The notes beneath the pieces are model-generated. The model had not been told where the DNA came from and searched no databases. It saw nothing but the letters and a program-made list of their open reading frames with translations. Position numbers and translations under genes: made by a program. From Candidatus Omnitrophota bacterium (GTDB taxonomy: Bacteria > Omnitrophota > Gorgyraeia > Tantalellales > Tantalellaceae), in assembly GCA_015231405.1 (NCBI GenBank), contig JADGBR010000007.1:40791-104790 (forward strand): a stretch of DNA of 64,000 nucleotides, in the 5' to 3' direction. Below are positions 30,714 to 43,462 of the stretch, in pieces. Positions within the stretch are counted from its first letter, which is position 1, and every line of letters starts with the position of its first letter.

Positions 30714-31991
30714 ATGAAAAAAGTATTGGTGATAAGCTTTAATTTCCCCCCCGACGAAATCATAGCCTCAAGGCGGATGTGGGGGTTGGTTAAATATTTG
30801 AATAATTACGGATATTACCCTCTAGTATTAACCAAAGAGAACTCTGGTGTTGTGTCGGGAATAGCGAAAATTATCCAGACATATTTCCCCGGTGATATAT
30901 ATGATATGATCCTCAAGAAAATTGTTTTTCTAAACCCGGAAAAATTCAGAGGGAAATACGCGGATTTCCAGTCTAGCATTTCCGGGAGAAGGAGTTTAGT
31001 TGATGCTTTGACCCGTTTTTTAAAAGGAATAATCACTTATCCCGATGAGAAAAAAACATGGTATCCGTTTGCCTGGAGTGCAATTGAGGAGATTTTTAGG
31101 TCAGAGGATATAAAAGCTGTTATAAGCAGTTCAGCTCCGGTAATAACCCATATTTTGGCTAATAGGGTCAAAAGAAAATATAAGGTTCCATGGATCGCTG
31201 ATCTCAGGGACCCATGGAGTCAGTACCATTCCTATCCTTATGATAACATAAGAAGGTGCCTAGATAAAGGGATCGAGAGAAAAACCTTGCAGGAAGCGGA
31301 TTTCATGGTTACTGTTACTGAGCCGGTTGCTGAAAAGTTAAGCGAGCTTCATGGGGGGCGGGACGTAAAGGTGATACATAACGGATTTGATCCGGACGAA
31401 AAGCAGAAAGTTGCATTATCATCGAAATTCTCGATTATATATACAGGGAATATTCATAGAGGGAAACAGGACGCGAAACTATTTTTATTGGCGATAAAAC
31501 GATTGCTTGATGAAAAAAGAATAGATGCCGAATGTTTGGAAATTAATTTTTATGGGCCCAAGAGAACTTGGCTGCAGGAAGAGATAGATGAGTGCGGTTT
31601 GAGTGATATTGTTATTCAAAAAGGAGTTATCTCCAGGAAAGAGGTTATAGGTAAACAGTGTAGTTCCCAGGTATTGTTGCTTTTTAATTGGACGGTGTCT
31701 GAGGAACCGGGGGTTATGACCGGGAAAATATTTGAATACCTTAATGCTGGACGCCCAATAATCGCCATAGGTGGTGGAAAAAGCGTTGTGACTGATATTT
31801 TAGAGAGAACAAAAACGGGGGTATGTGCTTTCAATCTCGAATCGCTTGTCAATATTTTAAGCGACTATTACGAAGAATATCTCCGCTTAGGTGCTATCGC
31901 GCCAGATGGAATAAGAGGGGATATTGATAAATACAGCTATGTGGAAATGTCGCGGCAATTTGGAGCATTACTTGACGCTGTGACAGACTGA
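30714..31991 (+). CDS. Glycosyltransferase family 4 (GT-B)
   Basis: C-terminal E..G pattern (GKIFEYLNAGRPIIAIGGGKS); 425 aa. Confidence 0.55.
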   Translation: MKKVLVISFNFPPDEIIASRRMWGLVKYLNNYGYYPLVLTKENSGVVSGIAKIIQTYFPGDIYDMILKKIVFLNPEKFRGKYADFQSSISGRRSLVDALTRFLKGIITYPDEKKTWYPFAWSAIEEIFRSEDIKAVISSSAPVITHILANRVKRKYKVPWIADLRDPWSQYHSYPYDNIRRCLDKGIERKTLQEADFMVTVTEPVAEKLSELHGGRDVKVIHNGFDPDEKQKVALSSKFSIIYTGNIHRGKQDAKLFLLAIKRLLDEKRIDAECLEINFYGPKRTWLQEEIDECGLSDIVIQKGVISRKEVIGKQCSSQVLLLFNWTVSEEPGVMTGKIFEYLNAGRPIIAIGGGKSVVTDILERTKTGVCAFNLESLVNILSDYYEEYLRLGAIAPDGIRGDIDKYSYVEMSRQFGALLDAVTD

Positions 31992-32007
31992 AAACATGCG
32001 TTTGATA

Positions 32008-33636
32008 TCAAAATGGACGTAATATCAATGCCTCGTTCATAAAAAGAGTAGTTAGCCCCATAGGGATGCTCCAGTAGGCGGAGAAGATGAGGCCGCTCAC
32101 GAAAAGCACCGTTCCGATCCGGAAAGACGTTTTTTTATCTATTAATTCCCTGAGATGGTCAGCCGCGTAAGCTCCAAGTATAGCATAAACGGGATATGCG
32201 GGTAGACCGTAGCGTATTTCCTTTCCGCCGGCACCCAAATAAAATTCAAGGATATACAAGAAGACTGCAAGGAATATCAATAGGAAGGTGGTTTCCTTTA
32301 TTTTTAACTTTTTAAAGAACAACCAGGCAGGGGATAACAGGGCTAACGTGAAATAGGGATTTTGAAAACAGCTTACGGTTATGTGAATGTATTTTGGCCG
32401 GCTGCTGACCATGTCGAACCAGGATGTGCCCGCGACCTTCGCTATGTTCGCCTGTTTCGGCTGGAAGAAAGGGTTGCCGTAGACGGAATAGGCTTTGTAG
32501 AACCAGAAACCGCAGCCTATGAGCGCTCCCGAACCAAATAGAATGATGTATTTGTCGAAAAAGAACGACAAAAAGGTCTCTTTTTTTAACAATCTGTCGA
32601 AATTTGTGAGAAGATGCCAGAAGAAGAGGGCTATTATGACAAACGCTCCGTTCTGCTTTGTCATGGCGGCCAACCCGCATGAAACGCCGCCTATGAACGC
32701 CAGAACGGGGAGTTTCTTCTTAATGGCCAGGAAAAAAAGAAAGACCGCGAGAGTGGTGAGTGCCGCCGTCATATCGTCGGCCCAGACTTTTTGGGATGTA
32801 AGAAGGTCTTCCGGGCTGATCGTGATGAGGTACATGGCGGTCAGGGCGATCCATTCATTATCGTAAAGGGTCTTCGCCAGAAAATATGTCATCGTTATAA
32901 ATAAAAGGCTGAACAGGAAAGGCACGATCACGGCGTAGAACTGTTTATTTTTGATTTCCCCGGGGAACCTGAAATACTCGAGCCCTATCCCGCGGGTAGC
33001 ATTCTGTATGACTTCGGCGTCGTTCGGTATGTACAATACATGGAACGGGTCGTTGGGGGCGAATATTTTGTGCGATATAGCCAGGGCCATCGGAAAACCC
33101 CAGGGGATATGATGCAGGGGAAGATCGTAATAAGTTATGCCGCCGGCTTCCAGCCCTTTAAGGACCGAACCTTTATCCTTGGCGGCCTGAAATGAAAGAA
33201 GGCCTACGTTTTTTTGATCGACGAGTTCATCAACTCCCCTTAAACTGTATCCGCCTATTCCCTTGGTGTCAAGATTGAACGCGAGAGCGGCGTAATGGGC
33301 CTGGTCGCCTCTTAAGTGGGGGAGATCAAAAGTGTGTTTGCGGAGGTTCATGGCCAATAGCAGAATAACGGCGAATATCGCCCATTTGATGATGCGTCTC
33401 GTTTTGGGTTCATTAAGCTTGTCGAATGGGATGAAACTCAGTTTTTCTATGAGCTTGGTCTGCGTGTAACTTGCGAGGCTTTTACCGGAAATATGCACGG
33501 CATGGCTTTCGCGGTGCTTCTGGACGACATCCCGGGGGATACCCAGCTCTTTGGCTATCTCCTTGTTGGACATCGAATCCAGATGAGCGAAAATATATTC
33601 TTTCTGTTCAGCGAGTGTAAGTTTTTTCCTGGCCAT
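32008..33636 (-). CDS. GT-C-type integral-membrane glycosyltransferase (ArnT/PMT, GT39/83-like) with an N-terminal LuxR/GerE-type HTH
   Basis: N-terminal LTLAEQKEYIFAHLDSMSNKEIAKELGIPRDVVQKHRESH matches the LuxR-type HTH pattern. Then 10+ TM segments and an LRGDQAHYAALAFN motif resembling the DE/first-loop motif of PMT/ArnT enzymes. Confidence 0.5.
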   Translation of the reverse strand: MARKKLTLAEQKEYIFAHLDSMSNKEIAKELGIPRDVVQKHRESHAVHISGKSLASYTQTKLIEKLSFIPFDKLNEPKTRRIIKWAIFAVILLLAMNLRKHTFDLPHLRGDQAHYAALAFNLDTKGIGGYSLRGVDELVDQKNVGLLSFQAAKDKGSVLKGLEAGGITYYDLPLHHIPWGFPMALAISHKIFAPNDPFHVLYIPNDAEVIQNATRGIGLEYFRFPGEIKNKQFYAVIVPFLFSLLFITMTYFLAKTLYDNEWIALTAMYLITISPEDLLTSQKVWADDMTAALTTLAVFLFFLAIKKKLPVLAFIGGVSCGLAAMTKQNGAFVIIALFFWHLLTNFDRLLKKETFLSFFFDKYIILFGSGALIGCGFWFYKAYSVYGNPFFQPKQANIAKVAGTSWFDMVSSRPKYIHITVSCFQNPYFTLALLSPAWLFFKKLKIKETTFLLIFLAVFLYILEFYLGAGGKEIRYGLPAYPVYAILGAYAADHLRELIDKKTSFRIGTVLFVSGLIFSAYWSIPMGLTTLFMNEALILRPF

Positions 33637-33637
33637 A

Positions 33638-34810
33638 TTATGATTGTATATTAATTCCGGTCTTTTTTGAAATAATATTTTGAAAAAGCGCTAAGTATCT
33701 CCGGGCGACGTCCTGGATCGTGTAGCTCTCGCTGGTTTTTTTATTTACGATGGCGATACGTTCCCTTAAAGCATTGTCCGCGCATAGTTCGGAGATAGCG
33801 GAGGCCAGCTTGTCCTGATCATCCGGAGGGACCAAGAGTCCGTTCTCCCGGTCTTTAATAATATCCCTTTGTCCTCCTCGGTCTGTGGAGATGATAGGGA
33901 GGCCGGAAGCCATCGCTTCGAGCAGCACGATACCGAAACTCTCATGAAGCGAGGGAAGGACAAATATATCCGATGTCAGTAGGTGTTCGTATTTGGCATC
34001 GCCTGACAGCCAGCCGGTGAAAAGTACCAGGTCTTTTATTCCCAGTTCCTCTGAAAGATTTTCAAGGTATCCTCGTTCCGGTCCGTCTCCGACCAATGTC
34101 AGGCGGATATTATTCGATACTTCTGAGGCGGAACGGAAAGCCTTTAAGAGTACGTCGAAACGTTTTACTTTTTTCATTGTCCCGACGGATATTAACCGGA
34201 TCGTCCCCTTTTCTCCGCGTCCGGCGGCGGTTCTTTGTTCCATGGGCCTAATGCCAAGAGGAATGATATCGATAGACCTCGCCGGAGCGTAAATGTCCTC
34301 GGCGAATTTTTTGAGGGCGGTTGATTGGGCGATGACGGCGTCGGCGGTCATGAGCACGTGTTTTACCGCTAATCGGAAAAAGAAATTCCGGTCAGGGGAA
34401 TATTCCTTGCCGGGCCCGGAGATGTCTCCGCCGTGTACGGTTAAAACATTCGGGACATTGTACATTTTCGACAGCAAATATCCTGTAGGCCCTGTCGGAA
34501 CGGCGAAATGGGTGTTGATAATATCGTATCCGGTCTTTCCCATAAGGATCATGCCCCGGATCATTGACGGGATGGGGAAGGAAAGGAGCGATATAAGCGA
34601 AGCGACATGGATAGAAGATCTTCCCATGACAGGAACGCGGTAAATATTGACGTTGTTCACGGTCTCATTTATTTTTAAACCTTTAGATCCGGTTGTTATA
34701 ACGTCAACGCGGTGGCCGGTACAGGCGAAATGTTCCGCGAGATCCCGCGTGAATATACCCCCTCCGCCTCCGAGCGGAGGATATTCGTAATTCAGCATTA
34801 AAATTCTCAT
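33638..34810 (-). CDS. Glycosyltransferase family 4 (GT-B)
   Basis: MRILMLNYEYPPLGGGGGIF N-terminus, and C-terminal ESFGIVLLEAMASGLPIISTDRGG. Confidence 0.75.
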   Translation of the reverse strand: MRILMLNYEYPPLGGGGGIFTRDLAEHFACTGHRVDVITTGSKGLKINETVNNVNIYRVPVMGRSSIHVASLISLLSFPIPSMIRGMILMGKTGYDIINTHFAVPTGPTGYLLSKMYNVPNVLTVHGGDISGPGKEYSPDRNFFFRLAVKHVLMTADAVIAQSTALKKFAEDIYAPARSIDIIPLGIRPMEQRTAAGRGEKGTIRLISVGTMKKVKRFDVLLKAFRSASEVSNNIRLTLVGDGPERGYLENLSEELGIKDLVLFTGWLSGDAKYEHLLTSDIFVLPSLHESFGIVLLEAMASGLPIISTDRGGQRDIIKDRENGLLVPPDDQDKLASAISELCADNALRERIAIVNKKTSESYTIQDVARRYLALFQNIISKKTGINIQS

Positions 34811-35739
34811 ACAATGATCTCTTTTATGAGGTAGGTCTTTTTATTCTGGGATTCGTAATAAGTCCGGATGTTGATCTCGCCTAAAAAGCCGATCGACAGG
34901 AGCTGTACGCCTACAAGGAAGAAGAGGACGCACAGTATCAGCATCGGATTCCCTGTCATATCTTCGCCTTTGAAGATCTTCGTGAAGGCCACGAACACAA
35001 GGGAGATGAAAGATAATAAGCCGCTTAAAATGCTTAACCCTCCGAAGAATCGTATCGGTTTAGTGCTGTATTCCGACAGAAAAGCGACCAGGAGAAGGTC
35101 CAGAAACACCCTTATTACCCGGTTGATCCCGTATTTTGTTTTTCCGTGTATCCTGGGACGGTGGTTCACCTCTATCTCCGTTATGTTAGCCCCGTGCCAG
35201 ACAGCGATAGCCGGAATGAACCTGTGCATTTCGCCGTAAAGGTTCAGGTTTTGCACTATGGCCCTTTTGAACGCTTTAAGTGTGCAGCCGTAATCGTGGA
35301 GGTTCGTTTTGAGCATTAATCCTATGAGGCTGTTAGCCGCCATGGAGGGGATAGTGCGCAAAAAGAAATTATCCTTTCTTTCTTTTCTCCAGCCGCAGAC
35401 GAGGTCATAGCCCTCGTCTATCTTTTCGAGCAGTTTTGGTATGTCGTTGGGGTCGTTCTGGAGATCTCCGTCCATTGTGACGATCACGTCGCCCTTGGCG
35501 TGGTGGAAACCGGCCATAATCGCCGGAGTTTGGCCGAAATTTCTTGTCATGCTTATTACTGTCATCCCCGGGATATGGATCTTTTTAAGGCGGCTCTGAG
35601 TGTTGTCGGTACTGCCGTCATTGACTACCAGTATCTCGTGGCTCTTGCCTGTGGCGGAGAGGGCTTTAGAGAGTTCATCGGTCAGTTCCTCTATGTTATC
35701 TTCCTCATTGTAAACCGGGATGACTACGCTTATGTCCAT
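34807..35739 (-). CDS. GT2 polyprenyl-phosphate glycosyltransferase (ArnC/GtrB/DPM1-like)
   Basis: ISVVIPVYNEEDNI, DGDLQNDP (DxD), and C-terminal paired TM helices. Confidence 0.8.
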   Translation of the reverse strand: MDISVVIPVYNEEDNIEELTDELSKALSATGKSHEILVVNDGSTDNTQSRLKKIHIPGMTVISMTRNFGQTPAIMAGFHHAKGDVIVTMDGDLQNDPNDIPKLLEKIDEGYDLVCGWRKERKDNFFLRTIPSMAANSLIGLMLKTNLHDYGCTLKAFKRAIVQNLNLYGEMHRFIPAIAVWHGANITEIEVNHRPRIHGKTKYGINRVIRVFLDLLLVAFLSEYSTKPIRFFGGLSILSGLLSFISLVFVAFTKIFKGEDMTGNPMLILCVLFFLVGVQLLSIGFLGEINIRTYYESQNKKTYLIKEIIV

Positions 35740-35743
35740 GATT

Positions 35744-36700
35744 TTACCTCTTTTGTAAGTTGTTCTTTATCTGGATCAAGTGAAAATAAAAATAAGTGAC
35801 CATTATGGAATAGATATCGAGAACCGGTTTGACAAAAAAGCTGAGAGCGAAACGCCCGCTTAGCGCGAACGCCGCGACCGAGTTCGCCACAAGGAAAAGC
35901 GACGCGGCGAGGACCAGGAGCGCGGCCGCGATATCTTTCCCTGTAATAGCAAGAACCGCTAGGAGGGCGATGAAGATAAGCGGTATATGCGTCCGGAAAA
36001 AGAGGATATCAGGGGAAGAGCCGTGTTTTTCATGGAGCAGTACCCTGGCGAGGGCGCCTTTAGCGAAATATGGAGCTAATGCCTGTAAACTGTCCGGGTG
36101 GTCGTGGTAGATAACGGCTCCGGGTTGAAAAACTATCCTGTATCCCTGTTTCAGGATCGTGTAGCAGAGGTCTTTATCCTGTCCGCGCAGCAGTGCCGGG
36201 TCGAAAGCGGTATCGTGTATAAGGCTTTTCCTGACGGCAAGGTTACAGCTGGGATAGCCCCTTAAGTCTCTTTTTCCGCCATACCGGTGATATCTCATGA
36301 AGAGGGAGATAGACAGGTAGTTCGAAATAATGTTGCCGGGTTTTATAGGGCGGATCTCGCCTCCGACGGCTCCAATCGAAGTGTCCGAGAGATCCCGGAT
36401 GAGTACCTTAAGCCAGTCCGGAGCTACCGTGGTATCGGCGTCCAGGAAAACAACAATGTCGTATCCGGCATATTGTATGCCAAGGTTTCTCGCGTTCGAC
36501 GGGCCTTTTTTTTCTTCTTTAAGATACCGGACGCCCGGATATCCGGCTACGATGTCTTTAGTATCGTCCGTCGAATTATTATCGACGACTATCACCTCAA
36601 AATGATCGGACGGATAATCGATCTTTGCGAGAGAGGAAAGGCATCGTTCAAGGTTAGCACCTTCGTTGTAAGCCGCTATTATTATTGAGCATCTTTGCAT
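35744..36700 (-). CDS. GT2-family glycosyltransferase with C-terminal TM segments
   Basis: IIIAAYNEGANL, VVFLDADTTV. Confidence 0.75.
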   Translation of the reverse strand: MQRCSIIIAAYNEGANLERCLSSLAKIDYPSDHFEVIVVDNNSTDDTKDIVAGYPGVRYLKEEKKGPSNARNLGIQYAGYDIVVFLDADTTVAPDWLKVLIRDLSDTSIGAVGGEIRPIKPGNIISNYLSISLFMRYHRYGGKRDLRGYPSCNLAVRKSLIHDTAFDPALLRGQDKDLCYTILKQGYRIVFQPGAVIYHDHPDSLQALAPYFAKGALARVLLHEKHGSSPDILFFRTHIPLIFIALLAVLAITGKDIAAALLVLAASLFLVANSVAAFALSGRFALSFFVKPVLDIYSIMVTYFYFHLIQIKNNLQKR

Positions 36701-36782
36701 TATAAAGAGAGAATATCATATGTTGTTCCAAAGGGCAAGGGAGCACGGGACAGGCTGATGCAAGGCTCGGGGTTGAGGGAAG

Positions 36783-37619
36783 TTGACTATTTCCTTAAAA
36801 ATAGTAATATTGTTATTAAACATGGCACACGGTGACCTGGAATATTTAATTTTGCGCGTTATTCGTAAATACTTGTTCTCCTACGCGTTTTTGTGCAGAT
36901 ACGGGAGGTTTATCCCTTATTATGTTCCGACGCCTGCGCAGATCTCAGCCAGGCCCATTGTTGACATGTATGTGTGGGGATCTCAGGAGATGGGCAGGGA
37001 TATTAGGGGTAAGGCGGTGCTTGAGATCGGGGTCGGGATAACGAATAGCGCGTGTTACGAAATGGCTTCGCGCGGGGCGGAGGTCTGCTACGCTTATGAG
37101 CCGCGTGTATGGTTGGATAAAAGGCTGGATCAGGATATTTTGCGCAAGAACCCCGCGTATGAAAAGACGCGGGGTAGAGTAGTGAGGATAAAAACCCTGG
37201 ATGAGATAGGGCCACTGGGAGTGGACGCGGTATTCTCAAACCATGTTCTGGAATATATCAACAGCCGGGATCTGATGGTTTTATTCCGGACGATCCGGAG
37301 GATCATCGGGAAGAACGGCTGGATGATGCATAACGTCAACTACAGCGATCATTTTTTTAAATACCCTTTCCATTTTTACAAATATAGCGAACGGTTCTGG
37401 AAAGCCATAGATCCGGGTCTGTCCAGACTGAGGATAAAAGACCATATGGATATTTTGAGCGGAGCGGGGTTCAGGCCGGTGATCCTCCGGCGGGACATAA
37501 ATATGGAGGCATTCGATATCTTTAGGCGGCGGAACAGGATCGCTCCGGCCTTTTCGTCCTATGGTGCTGTCGACCTCGCCACTGTGTCCGGTATCATCTT
37601 TTCAGAAGGGGTATCATGA
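36783..37619 (+). CDS. Class I SAM-dependent methyltransferase; start uncertain
   Basis: Motif I VLEIGVGITNS, and VFSNHVLEYI. Alternative starts at 36822 and ~36968. Confidence 0.5.
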   Translation: MTISLKIVILLLNMAHGDLEYLILRVIRKYLFSYAFLCRYGRFIPYYVPTPAQISARPIVDMYVWGSQEMGRDIRGKAVLEIGVGITNSACYEMASRGAEVCYAYEPRVWLDKRLDQDILRKNPAYEKTRGRVVRIKTLDEIGPLGVDAVFSNHVLEYINSRDLMVLFRTIRRIIGKNGWMMHNVNYSDHFFKYPFHFYKYSERFWKAIDPGLSRLRIKDHMDILSGAGFRPVILRRDINMEAFDIFRRRNRIAPAFSSYGAVDLATVSGIIFSEGVS

Positions 37620-38560
37620 CGCGGATCGTTGCCTGTTTGACCATTGATACCGAGCCGGATTGTGACGCGCGGTGGAAGCAGCGCGTTCCGCTGGAGTTTG
37701 AATCTTTTCTGAGGGGGGTGCCGCTTTTTCTTCGTCCCATATTGGACCGGTTCGAGGTACCTCCTGTATATCTGGTCACGCCCGGGATGCTCACATCTGT
37801 TGAATGCTGTAGACTGCTAAAGGAGGAACTGGTGAAAGGCGCGGAGATAGGCAGCCACCTGCATGTCGCGAGGGGTATTGCCTCTTGTCAAGAGATAGCC
37901 AAGGGACCGCGCGGAACATATATGTGCTCCGCTTATCCGGATGAAATAGAATATCGCGAATTGAAGGACCATGACGAAAATATAAAAAAGGTATTGGGTG
38001 TCAAAGCCACCAGTTTCAGGGCCGGCCGGTATGGCGCGGATATTAATACCATAACCTCTCTCTCCAGGCTGGGATATACGGTAGATACAAGTGTCACGCC
38101 GGGTATTAACTGGGCGGTAAAAGGTGGGCCGGATTTCTCAGGGTATCCGGAACAACCCTATTTCGTGGATACGGAGAATAAGGAGTTCAGCTCTGCTTCG
38201 GCGAAACGCGGTATACTCGAGGTCCCTGTCACGATAAACGGGAAGAGAGCCCCGTTCCTTCCCGACAAATGGCTTTTTTACAGATGGCTCAGGCCTTCCT
38301 TCATGACGGGCCTTGAGCTGAGGGCGCTGGTCGATGACGTTGTCGGACGGAACGGCGACAGGGGGATAGTCGTGCTTTGCATGATGTTCCACAGCATGGA
38401 ACTGATACCTGGGATGTCGCCTTACGTGAGAGACAGGTTAAGCCAAAAATATTTTTTTATGAAGCTGGAACGGATATTTGGTTACATGAGATCTCTGAAC
38501 GCTTCTTTTCTGACGCTTTCTGAGATATGCGACCTTATGGGTGAGGGAACTAATCCGTGA
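37616..38560 (+). CDS. Hypothetical protein, possibly polysaccharide-deacetylase-like
   Basis: LTIDTEPD N-terminal Asp/Glu cluster; no firm family assignment. Confidence 0.3.
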   Translation: MTRIVACLTIDTEPDCDARWKQRVPLEFESFLRGVPLFLRPILDRFEVPPVYLVTPGMLTSVECCRLLKEELVKGAEIGSHLHVARGIASCQEIAKGPRGTYMCSAYPDEIEYRELKDHDENIKKVLGVKATSFRAGRYGADINTITSLSRLGYTVDTSVTPGINWAVKGGPDFSGYPEQPYFVDTENKEFSSASAKRGILEVPVTINGKRAPFLPDKWLFYRWLRPSFMTGLELRALVDDVVGRNGDRGIVVLCMMFHSMELIPGMSPYVRDRLSQKYFFMKLERIFGYMRSLNASFLTLSEICDLMGEGTNP

Positions 38561-38797
38561 CACGAAACATTCCGGATACGCCTTGGAGAATTGCGCTGAC
38601 ATCTCCAGAAACATAAGCAGACCATAACCAGACGCTTTACCAATCCCCATTCTCAGCAACAATTTCCAAAACAAAAAAATACTCCTTTCTTATCATCGGA
38701 CCCATCGAGGGTCAACTTTATAATTATGGCGAGTTTGTTTGACAATGTCGGGGTTGCGTGTTTAAATCAAAGAAACCCAATATTTCGGAGAAAAAAT

Positions 38798-41470
<2,673 letters not shown>

Positions 41471-41489
41471 ACGATAAGGAGAAAAGGGA

Positions 41490-42266
41490 ATGAACCGATG
41501 GGGATGGGCGCCATATGTTCCGTTGGCGGAAAGACGGCTTAAGGCCGATAATGCCGCTTCCAAAATGCTGAAAAAAGGGCAGAAAGTCCTTCCCGTAAGG
41601 CTCGAGGGAAAGAAAATATCAACGACTTTCTGGGGCAAAGCCTGGTGCAGGCATCTTGAGTCCTCGAGCGATCGCGCGAACCGTCTCTTGCGGGGACGGA
41701 CATATGTCCGTAACGGTTCCGTTATACATTTGGATATTGATCCTTCTCGTGCCTTTGCTCTGGTCCAGGGCACGGCGCTGTATAAGGTTTCGGTCAGGAT
41801 CAAGGGACTCAACCGGGAGAAGTGGTCGGAGATACGCGGTCATTGCTCGGGTGAGATCGGGTCCGTGATCGAACTTTTACAGGGCAGGCTTTCATCTGAC
41901 GTGATCAGGACCATGATCGACCGTGACCGTGGCCTGTTCCCCGCGCCGAAAGAAATGACGTTCACCTGTTCCTGTCCCGACCGGGCCAGGATGTGCAAGC
42001 ATGTGGCGGCCGTGCTGTACGGGATCGGCCATCGCCTGGATCAAAGGCCCGAGCTGTTATTCAAATTGAGGAATGTCGATCATATGGAGCTTATGGACGG
42101 GGCTCGCTTAAAACAAGGCGCCGCATCAGGCAGATCTCATATAATAAAAGGCCGGGACCTCTCGGAGATCTTCGGTATCGAGATCGCCGAAGACCGCCCC
42201 GCTATGGCGCCGTCCCGTTCCGGAAAGGCGGCAGTCAAAAAGAAGAAGAGACCGAAAAAACGTTGA
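41490..42266 (+). CDS. SWIM zinc-finger protein (SNF2-associated)
   Basis: CxCxnCxH motif FTCSCPDRARMCKHVAAVLY. Confidence 0.7.
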   Translation: MNRWGWAPYVPLAERRLKADNAASKMLKKGQKVLPVRLEGKKISTTFWGKAWCRHLESSSDRANRLLRGRTYVRNGSVIHLDIDPSRAFALVQGTALYKVSVRIKGLNREKWSEIRGHCSGEIGSVIELLQGRLSSDVIRTMIDRDRGLFPAPKEMTFTCSCPDRARMCKHVAAVLYGIGHRLDQRPELLFKLRNVDHMELMDGARLKQGAASGRSHIIKGRDLSEIFGIEIAEDRPAMAPSRSGKAAVKKKKRPKKR

Positions 42267-42445
42267 AAGAACGCGCTCATCCGGAGTTGTTTTTATACCG
42301 CGTGAGTGACCGTTGGTGTATAATAAATTCATATGAGCGGCAAAAACGTCTATATACTCGCTAGTTCTAACCGTTCGGGGATGCATATTGATATTCGTGA
42401 TCACAAATTATTTCAGGAGATATTAGACAAGGTTGGAGCGAAAAT

Positions 42446-42589
42446 ATGAAAAAACAACTGAGCTTATTGGATAAAGCGGAACTGGCGATGAAAAAAGCCA
42501 TAAAAAGCGTCCTGGAAAAACACAGAAAGTCGGGCAGGCCCCTTGCTATATGGGAAAATGGCCGGGTAAGGAAAATTATCGTGAAATGA
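42446..42589 (+). CDS. Possible small protein (47 aa), unknown
   Basis: ATG with GGAG RBS (GGTTGGAGCGAAAAT); MKKQLSLLDKAELAMKKAIKSVLEKHRKSGRPLAIWENGRVRKIIVK. Below the ORF-track length cut-off. Confidence 0.25.
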   Translation: MKKQLSLLDKAELAMKKAIKSVLEKHRKSGRPLAIWENGRVRKIIVK

Positions 42590-42595
42590 GCAAAT

Positions 42596-43462
42596 ATGAA
42601 ATTTAAAGTCTTTATACGTTCGGCGGCGCTGAACCCAGGCGTTAACGACGGGGTTAAATGTAAGCCGCCTCAGTATGTACCCTTACCTAAGAAACCCCGG
42701 GCTTTAGCCCGGGGAGTGTTGAAAGGGTTCATTAGCTTATGCCTTTTGTCGTTCCCGGCCTTCTTTGCAGGCCGGCTTTGCGCGGATGCGCCGATGGAGC
42801 CGAAGGAGTTCTTTACCCATGACAGGTTCGTTTTTCACCGGGAAGATGTCGTTAAAGTTCCCGTTAACAGAAAGGGCCAGGAGGACCTCGGCGTTTTCGT
42901 GGACAGGATGAACGCGGGTCTCTCTCTTTTCGGCGACGGCGACTACGCGGGGGCGATAAAGTATTTCGGGGGCGCTTCCAGGATCTGGCCGGAATATTTC
43001 GGATGCGATTTCCTTACCGCTCTCGCGTATGAAAAGGCCGGCGATATAAGGCTGGGCGCCCGTTTCTACAAAAGCTACCTCATAAAGCTCGAGAATTTCC
43101 GTAACGGGAAATACGCTATGTCCATGCAGATGCTTTCCGTCATTTCCTCAGAGAGGCTCGAGACTTATGAGTACGCCGAGGACAATATACGCAAGCATCT
43201 ATTCACCGGGTACGGCGGTATGGACCTGGACAAGGTGCGGCCTGTAGTTCGTGTTGAGGAGTTCATCATATACCTGCTCTCGCTCGCGGCCTTCATAGCC
43301 CTTTATTACTATGTTTTCGGTGTCCTTGTACCGCATTTCAAGCGTTTACACAGAGCCAACCATCCACCCGAGGGTTTCTGGGTCTGCAGGAAATGCTGGG
43401 CGGGAAACCCCACATTGAGCAACGAATGCCTGGAGTGCGGGCGGATCAGGGTCCCCAAATGA
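42596..43462 (+). CDS. Hypothetical membrane protein with TPR-like segment and C-terminal zinc ribbon
   Basis: C-terminal CRKCWAGNPTLSNECLECGR; one or two TM segments. Confidence 0.35.
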   Translation: MKFKVFIRSAALNPGVNDGVKCKPPQYVPLPKKPRALARGVLKGFISLCLLSFPAFFAGRLCADAPMEPKEFFTHDRFVFHREDVVKVPVNRKGQEDLGVFVDRMNAGLSLFGDGDYAGAIKYFGGASRIWPEYFGCDFLTALAYEKAGDIRLGARFYKSYLIKLENFRNGKYAMSMQMLSVISSERLETYEYAEDNIRKHLFTGYGGMDLDKVRPVVRVEEFIIYLLSLAAFIALYYYVFGVLVPHFKRLHRANHPPEGFWVCRKCWAGNPTLSNECLECGRIRVPK

